Of a DNA stretch of 64,000 bases, positions 27,490 to 39,900 are shown piece by piece (position 1 is the first letter of the stretch; each line of letters starts with the position of its first letter). This stretch comes from the human T2T-CHM13v2.0 reference genome, Homo sapiens. Where the stretch lies: the NCBI RefSeq assembly GCF_009914755.1, contig NC_060928.1; one strand, 5' to 3'. A model generated the notes under the pieces. That model saw only the letters and a program-made list of their open reading frames with translations, was not told the DNA's origin and made no database searches. The position numbers were made by a program, and so were the translations under genes.

Positions 27490-28560
27490 AGAAAATGAGA
27501 AAAAGTCTTATGAATACAACACAGGTATAAACATGTTCTTAATATTAACTGTAAACTCAGAAACTAGGCAATAAAATATGGGCATATTTGCCATTAAAAA
27601 ATTTATGTTTAGAAAATGTACCATGCCCAAAGACAAAGGATTGATTGTTTAACAGCATTTCCAACACCGATGACAGAATTATCTTATATAATAAATAAAA
27701 CACTCTACAAGTTTACTGGTTAAAGAAAAAGCCACACAGCAGCAACAACAAACAGGCAGAAGACAAGAATATCCTATTTGTAGGAGAGAAAATACAAATG
27801 TTAACAAACATTCCCAAATATGCTGAAACTCTAGCAGCAGAGAGGAAGATGCAAATCGGAGTAAGAATGAACTATCACATTGTACCTATCAAGTTGACAA
27901 AAGCTTAAGAAGTGAAAACTAGTGCTGGTGACTATTTGGGGAAATAGTTTTTTTCACATATCACTGGTGAAACTGTGAATCACTATGGCCTTTAGGGAAA
28001 ATAATTATTAAAAAGAAAATGCATATTTCCTTTCACATAGCTATCTTGGGATCTATTCCATGTAAATAAAAGCACCAGTATGAAAGGATATATGCCCAAG
28101 GTTTATGTTAGCTCTCGTTTATTTAGCAATAAATTAAAAACAAAGAGAATGACAATCAATAGGAAAATGAATTTTCATACCCATATCATAAATATTATTG
28201 AACCTGTGTTGAATTTAGAGCTATATCAGTTGACCTGAAGAAATGTCCATGCAGCATTGTGGAATGAAAAAAAAACGGTGCAAAAGAATGTGTATGATAT
28301 AATCCCATTTTGTTGGTAAAGCCATAAAACTTGCATACTTATTTACCAATGGGTATGTATGTATGTGTATAAATGTGTATGTATATATGTGCATTTATAT
28401 GCCTTTGTATGTAATTAAGTGTATATACAGAAAAATACAAAAGGACACACACTAGATCATAAAAATAAGTTAATTAAAATTAGGGCTAAATGAGATAAGA
28501 TTCAGAACAGAGAAAGAAAAAGAGAAAGGGGAGGAAGAGGAAGCAAATAGCAAAAAGAGA
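27490..28560 (+). mobile_element. L1ME-type ORF2 end and 3' UTR remnant
   Basis: 'aaatacaaatgttaacaaaca...gatgcaaatc...tcacatatcactggtgaaactgtgaatc'. Confidence 0.7.
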
Positions 28561-28587
28561 AAAGACAATTTAAAAAAGTGTCTATGA

Positions 28588-29097
28588 TGTTATCAGCCAT
28601 GATGCTTCCAGATGTAATTAATAGATAATGCTTAGTCACCTGACATAACGAGCCTATGTATTATTTCATTTAACAAAAAGCACTGAAGTAAGACAGTTTC
28701 AGTTTGATGAATTCCAGGGATAAATTATGTTTCAAGGGAAGAGATATCTTCTATCTTTCTACTCTCTCATACCCAGGATGTTGACTTCATACTTAGCTAC
28801 CACTTCTCAAGGTCACAAGATAATGATTAAGACCCCAGGTATCACAGTGGTTATGAACACATCCATGTTTTATCATTATTTTTAGAAATGAGGAAACTTG
28901 TCCCAGAAGTCTGCCTCGACTTTAATGACCAATAAGGGCTGGGGAATTTCCAGTACTGATTTTACTGTCCAGGTTTACCCTTAGGCTGCAGATGGATTCT
29001 CTATCTCTGAAGCACAGGCACCTGAATAAAACTAGGTTTCTATCAGCAAGGAAGCAGACAGAAATGTCTATTAGCAAGGCATATCTAGCCTGCCACA
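28588..29097 (-). mobile_element. Old MaLR LTR (MLT1J/K-like)
   Basis: TG...CA bounded; 'ggtcacaagata', 'cccagaag', 'ggtttctatcagcaaggaag...gcctgccaca'. Confidence 0.6.
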
Positions 29098-30899
29098 TAT
29101 GACCTAATCCAATATGCATTGACAAAAATACATATGCTTGTATATTGTATGAAGACATTCGTATAAGTAAATTTCAGAAAGAAAGCATAAGTTCTCACTG
29201 AGAAAAATCATAGCGGCTCTTCAACCTATAATTTTAGAAGTGCAGTAGAAGGATTTCTTTTTATAGCTTTTAAACTTCAATCCAAATGGAGGACATTTGC
29301 TAGAGAGCATGTAGCTTCACCACTATGAGAAATAATACTACATTTTTTGTGTGTCACTTAGCTGTTTAAGAGGTTAACCTTTTGCTCCACCTCCAAACAA
29401 ATGAGTCATTAATCTTCAAAAAATACAAATGGTTTTCTCTTTGTTTTCCCCTTTTAAATTTTATTAAGAAAAACGTGGAAGAGTCTTATCCATCCTTGTG
29501 CAATGTGTAGGATTTCACTTGGTGAACTTATTGTGTTGACTTTTAAGATGAAAGCTCTTAAGGATTTTTAAGCCATCAAGCATTATCCATCAGAATAAAT
29601 AAATGAGAGATTGCTTTATTCTTTTCAGGCAGGATACATTCTGTGACCTATCTTTTCCGTGACCTACAAGGCTTTAGGGGAAGAGCTTCCAGAATTTTAT
29701 TGGCAATGCCACTATTAGACGGACTTCCCTCTCTCTTTTAAGCTCTTTGGGGGTCAGCTTTAAAGTGAGCATTAAGTGAATGGCTAATGGAATTAAGGGT
29801 ATAATAATAGAAGGATATAGTGAGACAATTGTATTAACAAGAAATAAATCATGTTGAATGTAAGGTAAGTGTTTTTTAATTGATTGATGGGAAGGATGCT
29901 CCACAGGTTTTGTCAGGGACTAACAGCCATTTACCTTCTCATCTACAGTAAAAAGCCAAAATGTAGAAAAAAAGATAAGAAAATTATGCAGCAGGAAGAT
30001 AAATTATTCAGAGAAGATGGCCATTTTGTGCTGACATCACTAATGTGAAAAGGCATTAAATCTTTGACACTAGCTTCATTCCTTAGGAGCTATGGGGTTG
30101 AAATAACATTTTGTACTATAGATAAAAACTGAAATGTCTACTCTCAAGCTTTCTTCTGTGCCAGAAATGGCTTCCAAGATGCCCAGATACTTGAAGACAT
30201 AGTGGGTACTATGCTTTCCAAGTTGAAGCAAGTCTTGCACTTTGAAAGCTAGTGGCTGTCTATATAATTATAACAATCTAACTGTCAGTATTTTTCATCC
30301 AGTTGGCAAAACTTATGTGCACTGATGTCAAGGATATAGAGAGATACATAGAAGACATTTTAAAGTACTATTGGACGTAGAAAAACTTAATGCTGAATTT
30401 CATAATTAAATGCTTTTTTATTGTACTTTCACAGTTACCAAGTCCCCTCCTTGAGTTTGTCTCCTCTTATAACCTATTATAAGTCTTATTCTTTTCAGTT
30501 ATTCTTACTACTCAGCTATTAGTACAGCCAATTTCAGGTGACTAATACTCTAGAGATTTCTTATTGTAAGGATTCAGACATAAAGGAGAGTGAGTAGATC
30601 CAATATATGTGTCAGAGAGAGGCCAAGATTCTTGCTACAACTGCTGTAACAGTTATTTCAGATATTCCCACCACCTCCACAGCCTCCCACACTACAATTT
30701 TTCTGCTGCCCCTGGTTATTTTATTAACTAGGCTTATAAACTATCATCTAGGAAATTTTTACCATAACATTACAAAGAACATGAACATATCAACAAAGAA
30801 TTCCAACTTTTATCAAAATCTCTAAACTTCCCATTTCTGCTTTTTTCTCGAGTAGATTTATCTGTTTGTAAATTATTCAGTCTTTTTTCTTTTATTATT

Positions 30900-31140
30900 T
30901 TTTCTTACCTGCTATGAGCCAGATACCATGGTAAACATTTTATATACATTACTTAACTTTCATTCTTCATAACAGTTCTTTGCAGTAAATATTATTACCC
31001 TTGTTTCACAGATAAGAAAACCAAAATTTAGAGGGATTATGTACTTTATCCAAGTTCAAACTGCTAATTAGAGGTAGAGGTAAGATTAGAACCCATGGGT
31101 AAGTATATTACAAAGTCAGCACTCTTCATCACATCAGACT
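30900..31140 (-). mobile_element. MIR SINE
   Basis: 'ttcttcataacag...gtttcacagataagaaaacc...gattagaaccca'. Confidence 0.75.
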
Positions 31141-31227
31141 ATTCTGATGCTACTTTGAAGTACCATAAACTGTTGTAGTTGAGTGGAAGATCTGACAAAG
31201 AACTTCTGAGACTCTTCTAAATATAAA

Positions 31228-31570
31228 TTTCACAGGTTGGGTTCTCAGGAAGCAGATGATGAGATGGAGCTTGTGGTGCAAGATATTTACTCGGGTAAAA
31301 GGAAAAGAGAGGAAGAAAGAAGGAGCAAAGGAAACCATGCCTTGGCCAACTTGGTGAGGAACTGTGGTTCAAGCATCCCATCTGAATGAGTGTCCTGCAA
31401 TGGGCTGAAATGGGTGAATCTTTGTACCCCTACCTTGGTCAGTCGGGCTGCCCTGGGAAGGATGTGACTTCCCTGCAAAGATGCTTGAAAGCTCCAGGAA
31501 GAAACTGAGCAAGAGGCAGCAAGTTCTTTCTTGAAAGGGGCATCTGAGCAGCGTATCTCTGTATCTATCA
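31228..31570 (-). mobile_element. ERVL-type LTR remnant (LTR16/33/40 class)
   Basis: 'ggttgggttctcaggaagcagatgatgagatggagcttgtggtgcaagatattta'; family uncertain. Confidence 0.55.
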
Positions 31571-32214
31571 TCCAAATAACTTCATGGTTTCTGTAATGGA
31601 CAGTACAAAATGGACTATTAAACAGTTTCTTTTGGTGCCATTTTTTTATTATAATATCCAATAGAATGAGGAAAATGTAAGAGTGAACTTGGATAAAAAA
31701 CTCAACCCTGGATTCCTTGCAATAAGGAAATTGTACTGTAAATATAGCCATACCTCATTTTCTTCTAAAAGAATCGGGCAATTTTACTCTGATTTTGTGT
31801 CCAAAGACTAACGACTGTTCCAATATCCCTCTTGATGTTTATTTCTTTCCATTGCAAAAATCAAGCATACCAAATTTACCTTTCCATATGTTTTTTTTTA
31901 CTTATATTTTTAAATCATCCACATTTTTTGAATACTCAATCTTCTGCTTGGCTGAAGCAGTTCTTTATATCTTATGTATTTGTGGATTTCAATACTTATC
32001 CATAGTTTTACTTAATGACATATTTCTATTATAAATTTTAACCAATAAAAATATTAATTTTAAAACATCTAGTGTGCTCTTACTAAACAATTTTTATGTT
32101 ATAGTGGTCTATGCATAAGATAAACCACTATCTATGTCTCTAGATACATTTCATTGTGAATTTGTCTTCAATGTACTTTATTACAAGGTTCCCTAAGCCA
32201 ATATTATGACCAGG

Positions 32215-32586
32215 TGCTACGGTCTGCACGTTTGTGTCCCCCTAAAATTAATATGTGAAAGTTCTTACCTCCAAGGTGATGGTATGAGGAGGTGAGGCCT
32301 TTTGTGGTTGATTAAGTCAGGAAGGCAGAGCCTTCATAAATGGGATTAGTGGCCTTATATACCAAAGAGAGCTGTTCCACTCCTCCTACCATGCGAGGGG
32401 ACAGCAAGAAGACACTGTCTATGAACAACATTGTGGGCCCTCACTAGACACTGAATCTTCAGGTACCCTAATCTTGGACTTCCCAGCCTCCAGAACTGTG
32501 AGAGGTAAATTTCTGTTGTTTGTAAGTCACCCATTGATTATACCATTTTATGCTATTTTATTATAGCAGCCCAATGGACTAAGATA
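32215..32586 (+). mobile_element. MLT1A0 MaLR solo LTR
   Basis: 'tgctacggtctgcacgtttgtgtcccc...atcttggacttcccagcctccagaactgtgag...ggactaagata'; perfect 5-bp TSD ccagg at 32210-32214 and 32587-32591. Confidence 0.92.
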
Positions 32587-33182
32587 CCAGGTATGGTCAT
32601 CGCAGTTTATCCTATTGTTATCATTTGTGAAATGAGGCAGGACTCACACTTCTAGTTCTTCAGTGTCCGTCCCTTGCTCCAGCTGAACCAGTATTTTTAA
32701 TTACCTTCTGAAAGCCTGATTGGTTACTGCAGCCCATCTTCCTATTTACTAATACTGACTTTGTGATCAGTGTTCTCCTTGTCTAAAGCATCCACTGAGT
32801 TTGTGTAAAGTTTGTTATTTCCCTAACAAAGTTCTTTCAGCACAATAATCACAGTGGCTGTCTCAACAGGCATTAACCTAACTTCTTTCTTAAGAGTATG
32901 TGCAGTCTCTCTCTGGAATATACATTTGCTGGGAAGATTGGCAACTTCCCCTCTCCTCCTGGCTCATAATGGCTAAGTTCTGAATTGTATGAATGGAATC
33001 ATTCCCAATCCATCCCCAGGGTAACAAACAACTTTTAATACTAATGTAGCACTAGATATATGACTCTGGAAGGACCTAGGTAGACAAGAAACGATTACAA
33101 CTATTCTACATAATAATGGGAGAGAACCGATTTCAAAGGTAGATGGACTTTTTTGCTGGTGGAGAAAAGGTTCACTTCTCTG

Positions 33183-33333
33183 TTTTGATTCTCAACATTC
33201 ATATTATTCACACCAGTCTCTGCCCACTAGATGCCGGGAGCACTGCATCCTCTAGTTTTAGCAATGAAAAATGTCTCTAGATATTGTCATATGTCCCCTG
33301 AGAAGCAAGATTGCCCCAGGTTGAGAACAATTG
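33183..33333 (-). mobile_element. MER20, internally deleted
   Basis: 'cccactagatgcc...aaaaatgtctctagatattgtcatatgtcccctg...ggttgagaacaattg'. Confidence 0.8.
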
Positions 33334-33809
33334 AAACAGACTATACTTCTCAGGGAATGCATTGGGGGAGAGGGCATAAGGAGGAGTTGTAGAGTAATTG
33401 GTAAGAGGAATATCTTGTGGAGGGAAAGGAAGAGCCACCCTGGAATTGGGGATATTGTCCAAAGATTTCCCTTCCCTCATGAAGGTCTAAGTCTTAAGGT
33501 ACCATTCCTTTGGAAATTCAAGAGAAAGTTTAAGTGTACTAGAACGTTAATCTTTCCCTTCATACACTGTAGTTTTTTTTTGAAATTCCCTTAATATTTT
33601 AATAAAAGTATTTGCATTTCTCTGAATAGCTAGCTTGAAGTCTTGAAGAGAAAGTCCAGTTTAAATATGAGAAAGGACTCCTGGGTTCCACTAGGGTGGG
33701 AGGTACAACCCTAGACCAGTTGACTGTGATCAGGGGAGGCTGTTCTTTCTATCATGTGAGTTTCTATTGGAGCCATGTGGGTGAGAAGAGGAGAAATAGT
33801 TCCTAGAAT

Positions 33810-34030
33810 AATTATAACATCACCTTAAGATTTTGAGGGCTTACTATATCCAGGCGCCGTAATTCTCAACTGTCTCATGAGGGAGGTACTGTTTTTAACT
33901 GCCAAATTTACAGAGTGACAACCAAGTCTCAGAGATATTAGATAATTTATCCTGTTGCTTAAGAGGGATATGATGGAATTGAGATTTGAGGTCAGGCAAC
34001 GGCCATTACAGCACAGAATTTGTCTCCACT
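33810..34030 (-). mobile_element. MIR SINE
   Basis: 'ttgagggcttactatatccaggc...aatttacagagtgacaaccaagtctcagaga'. Confidence 0.7.
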
Positions 34031-35489
34031 ACACTAAACTCCTTTCCAGAAGACAGATGGGGGTAGTGGTAGGCAGAACATCTCATATGTGTCCATTACA
34101 CTCACAAACACCTGGTCCTGTATTAGCAAAAGAAGTTCAGTATTATTTAAAATGCAATGATAAATTGCCCAGAGATCTGTGTAATCATTGAACACTTGTC
34201 CTAAACTATTAATGAACTTCGTATGCAGGTATTAAGTGTATCTTTGACTTAAGAAGCCAAAGACAAATATAGTTGTGTGGTTAGATATACATGTCTTACA
34301 TAAACTAGCATCTCTTAAAATTTTAATGGAAACTTTAATATGCTAATAACAAAAAGGAAAGAAAAAATCAGGAGAGAGAGGGTGAAGACAGAGAATGCTT
34401 TTGGCCCTTTTATTGGTCTTCAATGGGTTTTTCTTTTTTGCATCATCTTCTTTAGATATTGTTAAAAAATCCTATAGTTTACATTCCAAAATATGATCTT
34501 ATTCAACTGGTTTTCAACCATGGGATTTTAAGATTCTTTACCAATCAGTATCCCCACTTCTAATACTTTCTTTATCTTCTGCCACATAAAGCTTCTTGAT
34601 ATATTAAACTGACTTTTATCTTCTGTGCGTTTCTAGCTGTAGACCCACTACACAGGCTGTGGTCTAACCCAGATCCCATTTCTCTACTCTCCTACTCTTC
34701 GCATTCTATCACTGATCATCTGCCTTCAAAATTTGACCTTAGACCCAAATCCATAAATCTTTGTTTACTAGTGTCCTGATGAGAGGTTAAGTCATTTCCT
34801 GAGAGTTGAGATGGTGGTGGGGATCAAATTGGAGCAGTGGGAATGGGATTGCAGCCTGGGAAAATGTGAAAATGTTGTCAAACAGTGGAAGTGAAAAATG
34901 CACTAGAGGAAATAAGAAAAGGAGAGCGATTGAGGAGCACAGGGGCCAAGGACCAAGTAAAAGAGAAAAAAATGCAGTGGGCGCAGTCATGGTTTCAGAT
35001 TTTCTCCATTATAATAAAAATAAGATATAATAAAAATATAATAAGAAGGAGTCAAGGGACAAAGGATTTTAAAGTGCTATAGGCAATTTGGAAATAGCTG
35101 ATCGTGGCTATAGAGCTTAGTAAGGAAGCAAATGAAGCCCTGAATGGGATGATGGAGAAATAGGATGTTGTATGGCCATATAAGAGATGGAAAATCAGGA
35201 TATTGAAGTCAGAAGGAGGGCATTTCAAGTATGAGATGTAGGAAGTGGAACAAAATCATCTCCATATTACACCCCTGCCTGAATGGTGGGGAACCTTGTC
35301 TTTTAAAATAGGAGAAGGACTAGCTAAAAGTTATGATTTAGGCTGTTATATCACTTCCTAGTATTCAGTGTTGTTCTTGTCTTTTTTCCTCACAGGGTTT
35401 GATGAAAAGAATTATCCCTAATTGTTGAAGCATTTGAGGTTCTATTACCAGGCTCACCATTCATTTCCGTCTCACACACTGAAAAAAAT

Positions 35490-35690
35490 ATACAGTGTAA
35501 TAATTGTGTATTTTGAAGCTGAAATTCCAAGTTTAAATTTGTTTTTATACTAGAAGTGTTATCCTTGGCAATTTACATAAAAATTTTGAGCCTCAGTTTC
35601 TTCCTCTGTAAAAAAGATATAGCATTAGCTTTTTTCACAGAAAAATTTTGAAGATAAAATAACGTTTGTGAAAAGCATTTAGTATATTGT
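35490..35690 (+). mobile_element. MIR SINE
   Basis: 'ccttggcaatttac...tgagcctcagtttcttcctctgtaaaa'. Confidence 0.75.
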
Positions 35691-36979
35691 GAAGGATTAT
35701 AATTGGCTTTGTTTTAATGCCCTAAACTATCTTTAAAATTGGCTTGGTAGATTTAACGGTGAAGGTCATTGCAAAGTTGTTTTATTCATCTCTGCATGCT
35801 TCATGTCAAATGTACTGACTGAACCACGTTAAGTGGCAAATATTTTTTAAATGAATGAATGGATTAAACAATGACATGAAGTTTACAACAAAACTATTTG
35901 ATACAGAATTGAATATGGCCTTAAGGTAAGACCATCTTGGATCTAGTCCAATGGACTTTAGTAATTTTTAAAGTACCAAAAAGATTTTTATTTTAAGATA
36001 TACTGGTCTTTAGTCATGAATCTGTTAGCAGAATGTTAGTAGAATGTCTCATAACATTGGAGTGCTATGAGGAAGTTCGAAATTCTTACATTAAAGGCCC
36101 TGAAAATTGTTTACTTATGTTTTATATAACTTTATCTAGCTTCTTTTCCTTCTAAGCGATCATTCATTATTAGTTTCCAATCTACATCTCAATATCTGGG
36201 TGTTACTAGATTGACTGTAGCCATTCTTAATTTTTCTGACTACTTCAAAGTGTTATTTTCTGTGAGTTACTTTAGCTTTGCTATTAACTAAGAATTTCAG
36301 GCTGTCAATGCAATTTTGCCCATTAAAGACAATAACCCCAGTTGGCTCTGAGGTACTATTTTTAGTTCTCTTGTGAGATGACTCTCTATACATCTTTTGT
36401 ATATATTGAATTATTCAAATTCATAGAATCATTTTTTGTCTAAAGGTCTTGATTTGTTGGGCTTCTTAAGATTTTTACAGTTAATTCTAACTGCAGAGCT
36501 TTTGCTTTTAGCAAAACGAAGATTTGGAGCAGAGTTGAAATATAGATGGTGGCACTCTAAACTCGGGTTATGCTATTTTTTAAATGGAAGAACTATGTGC
36601 AATTTTCCTGGAATGTTTTAATATTTAATACACAAGATCTATAATTTTTCATGGGTAATTGAAGCTGAAATTGAAACATTAAAAAATTAATCACAGCAAA
36701 CTGAATTTTCTAAATGAAAGATAATGTCTACTAGTGAGTAGAGCTTTCTGTTGATTAATGCAATGATTTAGGAGTGGAAGAGGGAGAGAGTTTCCTGCAT
36801 CTTCATATGTTTACAAATGGGGTTTTGCATTGTCTAAAATTTGTAGGAGTTGATTTTCAAACTGCAAGTTTATGAAATAAAGAAATTGAATTTGTATGAT
36901 AAGCTAGTAAATGAACTACATGATTCTATTATAGCCAGATAATTTAAATATTATATTTTGCTTTATTATTGTGTTGAGG

Positions 36980-37300
36980 ATGCTGTTTAGTGGTTAAAAT
37001 CATGTACCTTAGAGCTAGCCTGCCTTGGTTCAAGTTAGTATTGAACCAAGTTCTAACTTGAAGTTAGTATGACTTGAACCAAGGCAGGCTAGCTCTAAGG
37101 TACGTGATTTTATGGGAAGTAAAATCATGGGAAGTTGGCCAAATTCTTTAACTTCTCTGTGATTCAATTTTTTAGTCTATACAATGGAGAAGGTAAGAGC
37201 ATTAATCCATAGATTGGATTAATGACTTTACTTATAAATGAAAAGTACTTACAACAGTGTCTGGCACAAAATAAGAGCTAAAAATTGTTATTTATTGTTA
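36980..37300 (+). mobile_element. MIR SINE carrying a fold-back inverted duplication
   Basis: 'tagtggttaaaatcatg...cctgccttggttcaa' head; 'ctttaacttctctgtgattcaattt' core; 'acagtgtctggcacaaaataagagct' tail. Confidence 0.85.
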
Positions 37301-37839
37301 TTTTGTTTTTGTGGCATCTGAATACACATTTGCAGGGCTGGTTTTCTCTGGGCCATTTAAGCTGTAAATCCTGTTCCGTAGATTGGAATGGCCATGTTTC
37401 ATTGACTCAATTTCATTGCTCGGTTAACCAAGAACACATTTTCTGTCATTGATTTCATAATATTAATAAAACCAGATATGCAAGTAGATATTACCTTATG
37501 ACTCACTTTTAAACTTTGTTTTCTAGCTATCATATTTCTTAGATATAGATACTACAGAAACCTATACTGCATTGTACTAGGGTTATAGCTAACAATACTA
37601 ATAGAACTATGTTTAAGTGTGCGAAGAAAATGAAAGTTTTTTGAAGCTGAAGCTAGGTCAGTCAGATAAAGAGGGTAGAAATACAGGAGTGCCAAAAGAT
37701 GTTTAAACATGCTTAAGTTGTTTTAACAATGAAATATTAGTTGTGGTGAATATTTACTAAAATCAATGGTTATGAGAGTTTAAACTCTTACAACAATGCC
37801 TGGCACATTATAAGCACTCTGTACATTTTTGGTATTAAC

Positions 37840-38055
37840 ATGGCATGCTCTGGATTAAGTATTTTATGTGTATTATTTCATACAATAAGACATTATGAGG
37901 AAGTAAATTGCTTTTGCCTTTTACAAATGTGGACACTGAGGCTTAAAAAGGTTAAATAACTTGCTCAAGACCCTACATGGACAAGTGGTGAAATAGGGAT
38001 TTGAGTGCAGACCTAATTCTAAAACCCAGCCTTTTATCCGTTATGCAATATTGCT
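37840..38055 (-). mobile_element. MIR SINE
   Basis: 'ttttacaaatgtggacactgaggcttaaaaaggttaaataacttgctcaag...gggatttga'. Confidence 0.8.
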
Positions 38056-38204
38056 TCTCAATACTATCTCACAGTTTAGGGGAAGTCCTATAGTCTGCCA
38101 TTAATTATGGATAGTATGGTAATGTACATGTAGAGGCTTCATGATAAATGATCATGTTGTAAATACTTTATTATGACTACTACAAATTACTTAGACTCAG
38201 TCTT

Positions 38205-39900
38205 CTTTTATTAATTTTTTTCATTCTTTTGAGGTATAAGTGACAAATAAAAATTGTACGGATTAATAGTATACAATGCAATATTTTGACGTACTACATA
38301 GACATTGTGAAAAAATTATCACCATCAAGCTAATAACATATCCATTAATGCACATGGTTTCCATTTTTTTGTCATGAGAACATTCAATACCTATTTTCTT
38401 AGCAAATTTCAAGTAAATGTACTGGTTTTAAACTGTAGCCACCACACTATACTAATGTTCTCCAGAACTTATTGATCCTGCGTAACTGAAATTTTTTGCT
38501 TTGACCAACATCTCCCAGTTTACCTACTCCCCCCTCCCAACAGTTCCTGATAACTACCATTCCACTCTTTACTTCTATGAGTTTGACTTTTTCAGATTCT
38601 GCATATAAGTGATATTATGCAGTATTTGTCTTTCTGTGCTTGGTTTATTTCACTTAGTATGATATCCTCCAGGTTTATCCATATTCCTTAAAACTAATTT
38701 AAGTCTCTTGTAGGCAGCATGTAATTGAATCTTGCTTTTAAAAAATCCATTGGATAATTTAGTCTATTTACATTTGAAGTAATCATTGCTAGATAAAGAC
38801 TTACTTATGTCATTTTGTTTATTATTTTCTAATTTGTAATTTCTTTCTTCCTTTCTTCCTCTCTTGCCATCTTTCTACATGATTTGATAATTTTTTATGA
38901 TGTTATGCTTTGCTTTCTTTTTCTTTTTTGCGTATTCGACTACAGGCTTTTTCTTTGTGGTCACCATGAAGTTCACATAAAACATCTTATAATAGTCTAT
39001 TTTAAATTGGTGACAATTTATCTGACCATATTAAAAAACTCTATACTTTAGCTTCTCCACCTTGCACATTTTATGTATTTGATGTCACAATTTACATATT
39101 TTGAATATTTTGTATCCATTAACAAATTATTGGGCCAGGCGTGGTGGCTCACACCTGTAATCCCAGCACTTTGGGATGCCAAGGTGGGTGGATCATGAGG
39201 TCAGGAGTTGAAGACTAGCCTGGCCAACATGGTGAAACCCTGTCTCTACTAAAAATACAAAAAATTAGCTGGGTGTGGTGGCACACGCCTGTAATTCCAG
39301 CTACTCAGGAGGCTGAGGCAGGAGAATTGCTTAAACCCAGGAGGTGGGAGGTTGCAGTGAGCTGAGATCGTGCCATTGCACTCCAGCCTGGGCAACAGAG
39401 CAAGACTCTGTCTCGAAAAAAAAAATTATTGTAGCTGTATTTGTTTTTAGTACTTTATGTACCCCCATTAAAATATTAGAGTATTTTGAACTTAACTGTA
39501 TTCTTATATTTACAGTGAGTTTTATATTTTCATATGCTTTCATGCTGTTAGTGTCTTCATTTAAACTTGAAGAAATCCCTTTAGCACTTCTTATAAGGCA
39601 GTTCTAGTGGTGATGCCCTCCCACAGCTTTTGTTTGCTTGGGAAAGTATTTTTCTTCTTTCATTTTTAAAGAACAGATTTGCTGGGTATAGTATTCTTGG
39701 TTGACTGATTTTGTTTTCCTAGCACTTTGAATATATCAGCCCATTATCTCTCTTTTTGCTGCACCCAGGAGCTGTAATCTCTCACTTGAATTTCTTAGCC
39801 CTTGTGATGATATACTAAGTGTGGATAGTTGTTTAATTTCATATTTCTGCAAGAGGACGAGTGCTAGAAATTCCTATTCTGTCATCTTGCTGATATCACT
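38205..39900 (-). mobile_element. L1MA (MA8/9-like) with both termini but most of ORF2 and the 5' UTR/ORF1 deleted; inserted in a MIR
   Basis: 3' UTR at 38205-38685; ORF1/ORF2 junction region at 38690-39750; 5' end reads (revcomp) 'agagtgatatcagcaagatgacagaatagga'; flanks ctcagtcttct/ctcattctgct; MIR continues at 39900-40030. Confidence 0.8.
39133..39422 (+). mobile_element. AluS (Sg-like)
   Basis: Full Alu; TSD aaattattg at 39124-39132 and 39423-39431. Confidence 0.95.

Noticed and set aside
31287-31751. 154-aa minus-strand ORF
   Set aside because: Largely overlaps an LTR remnant; no protein features
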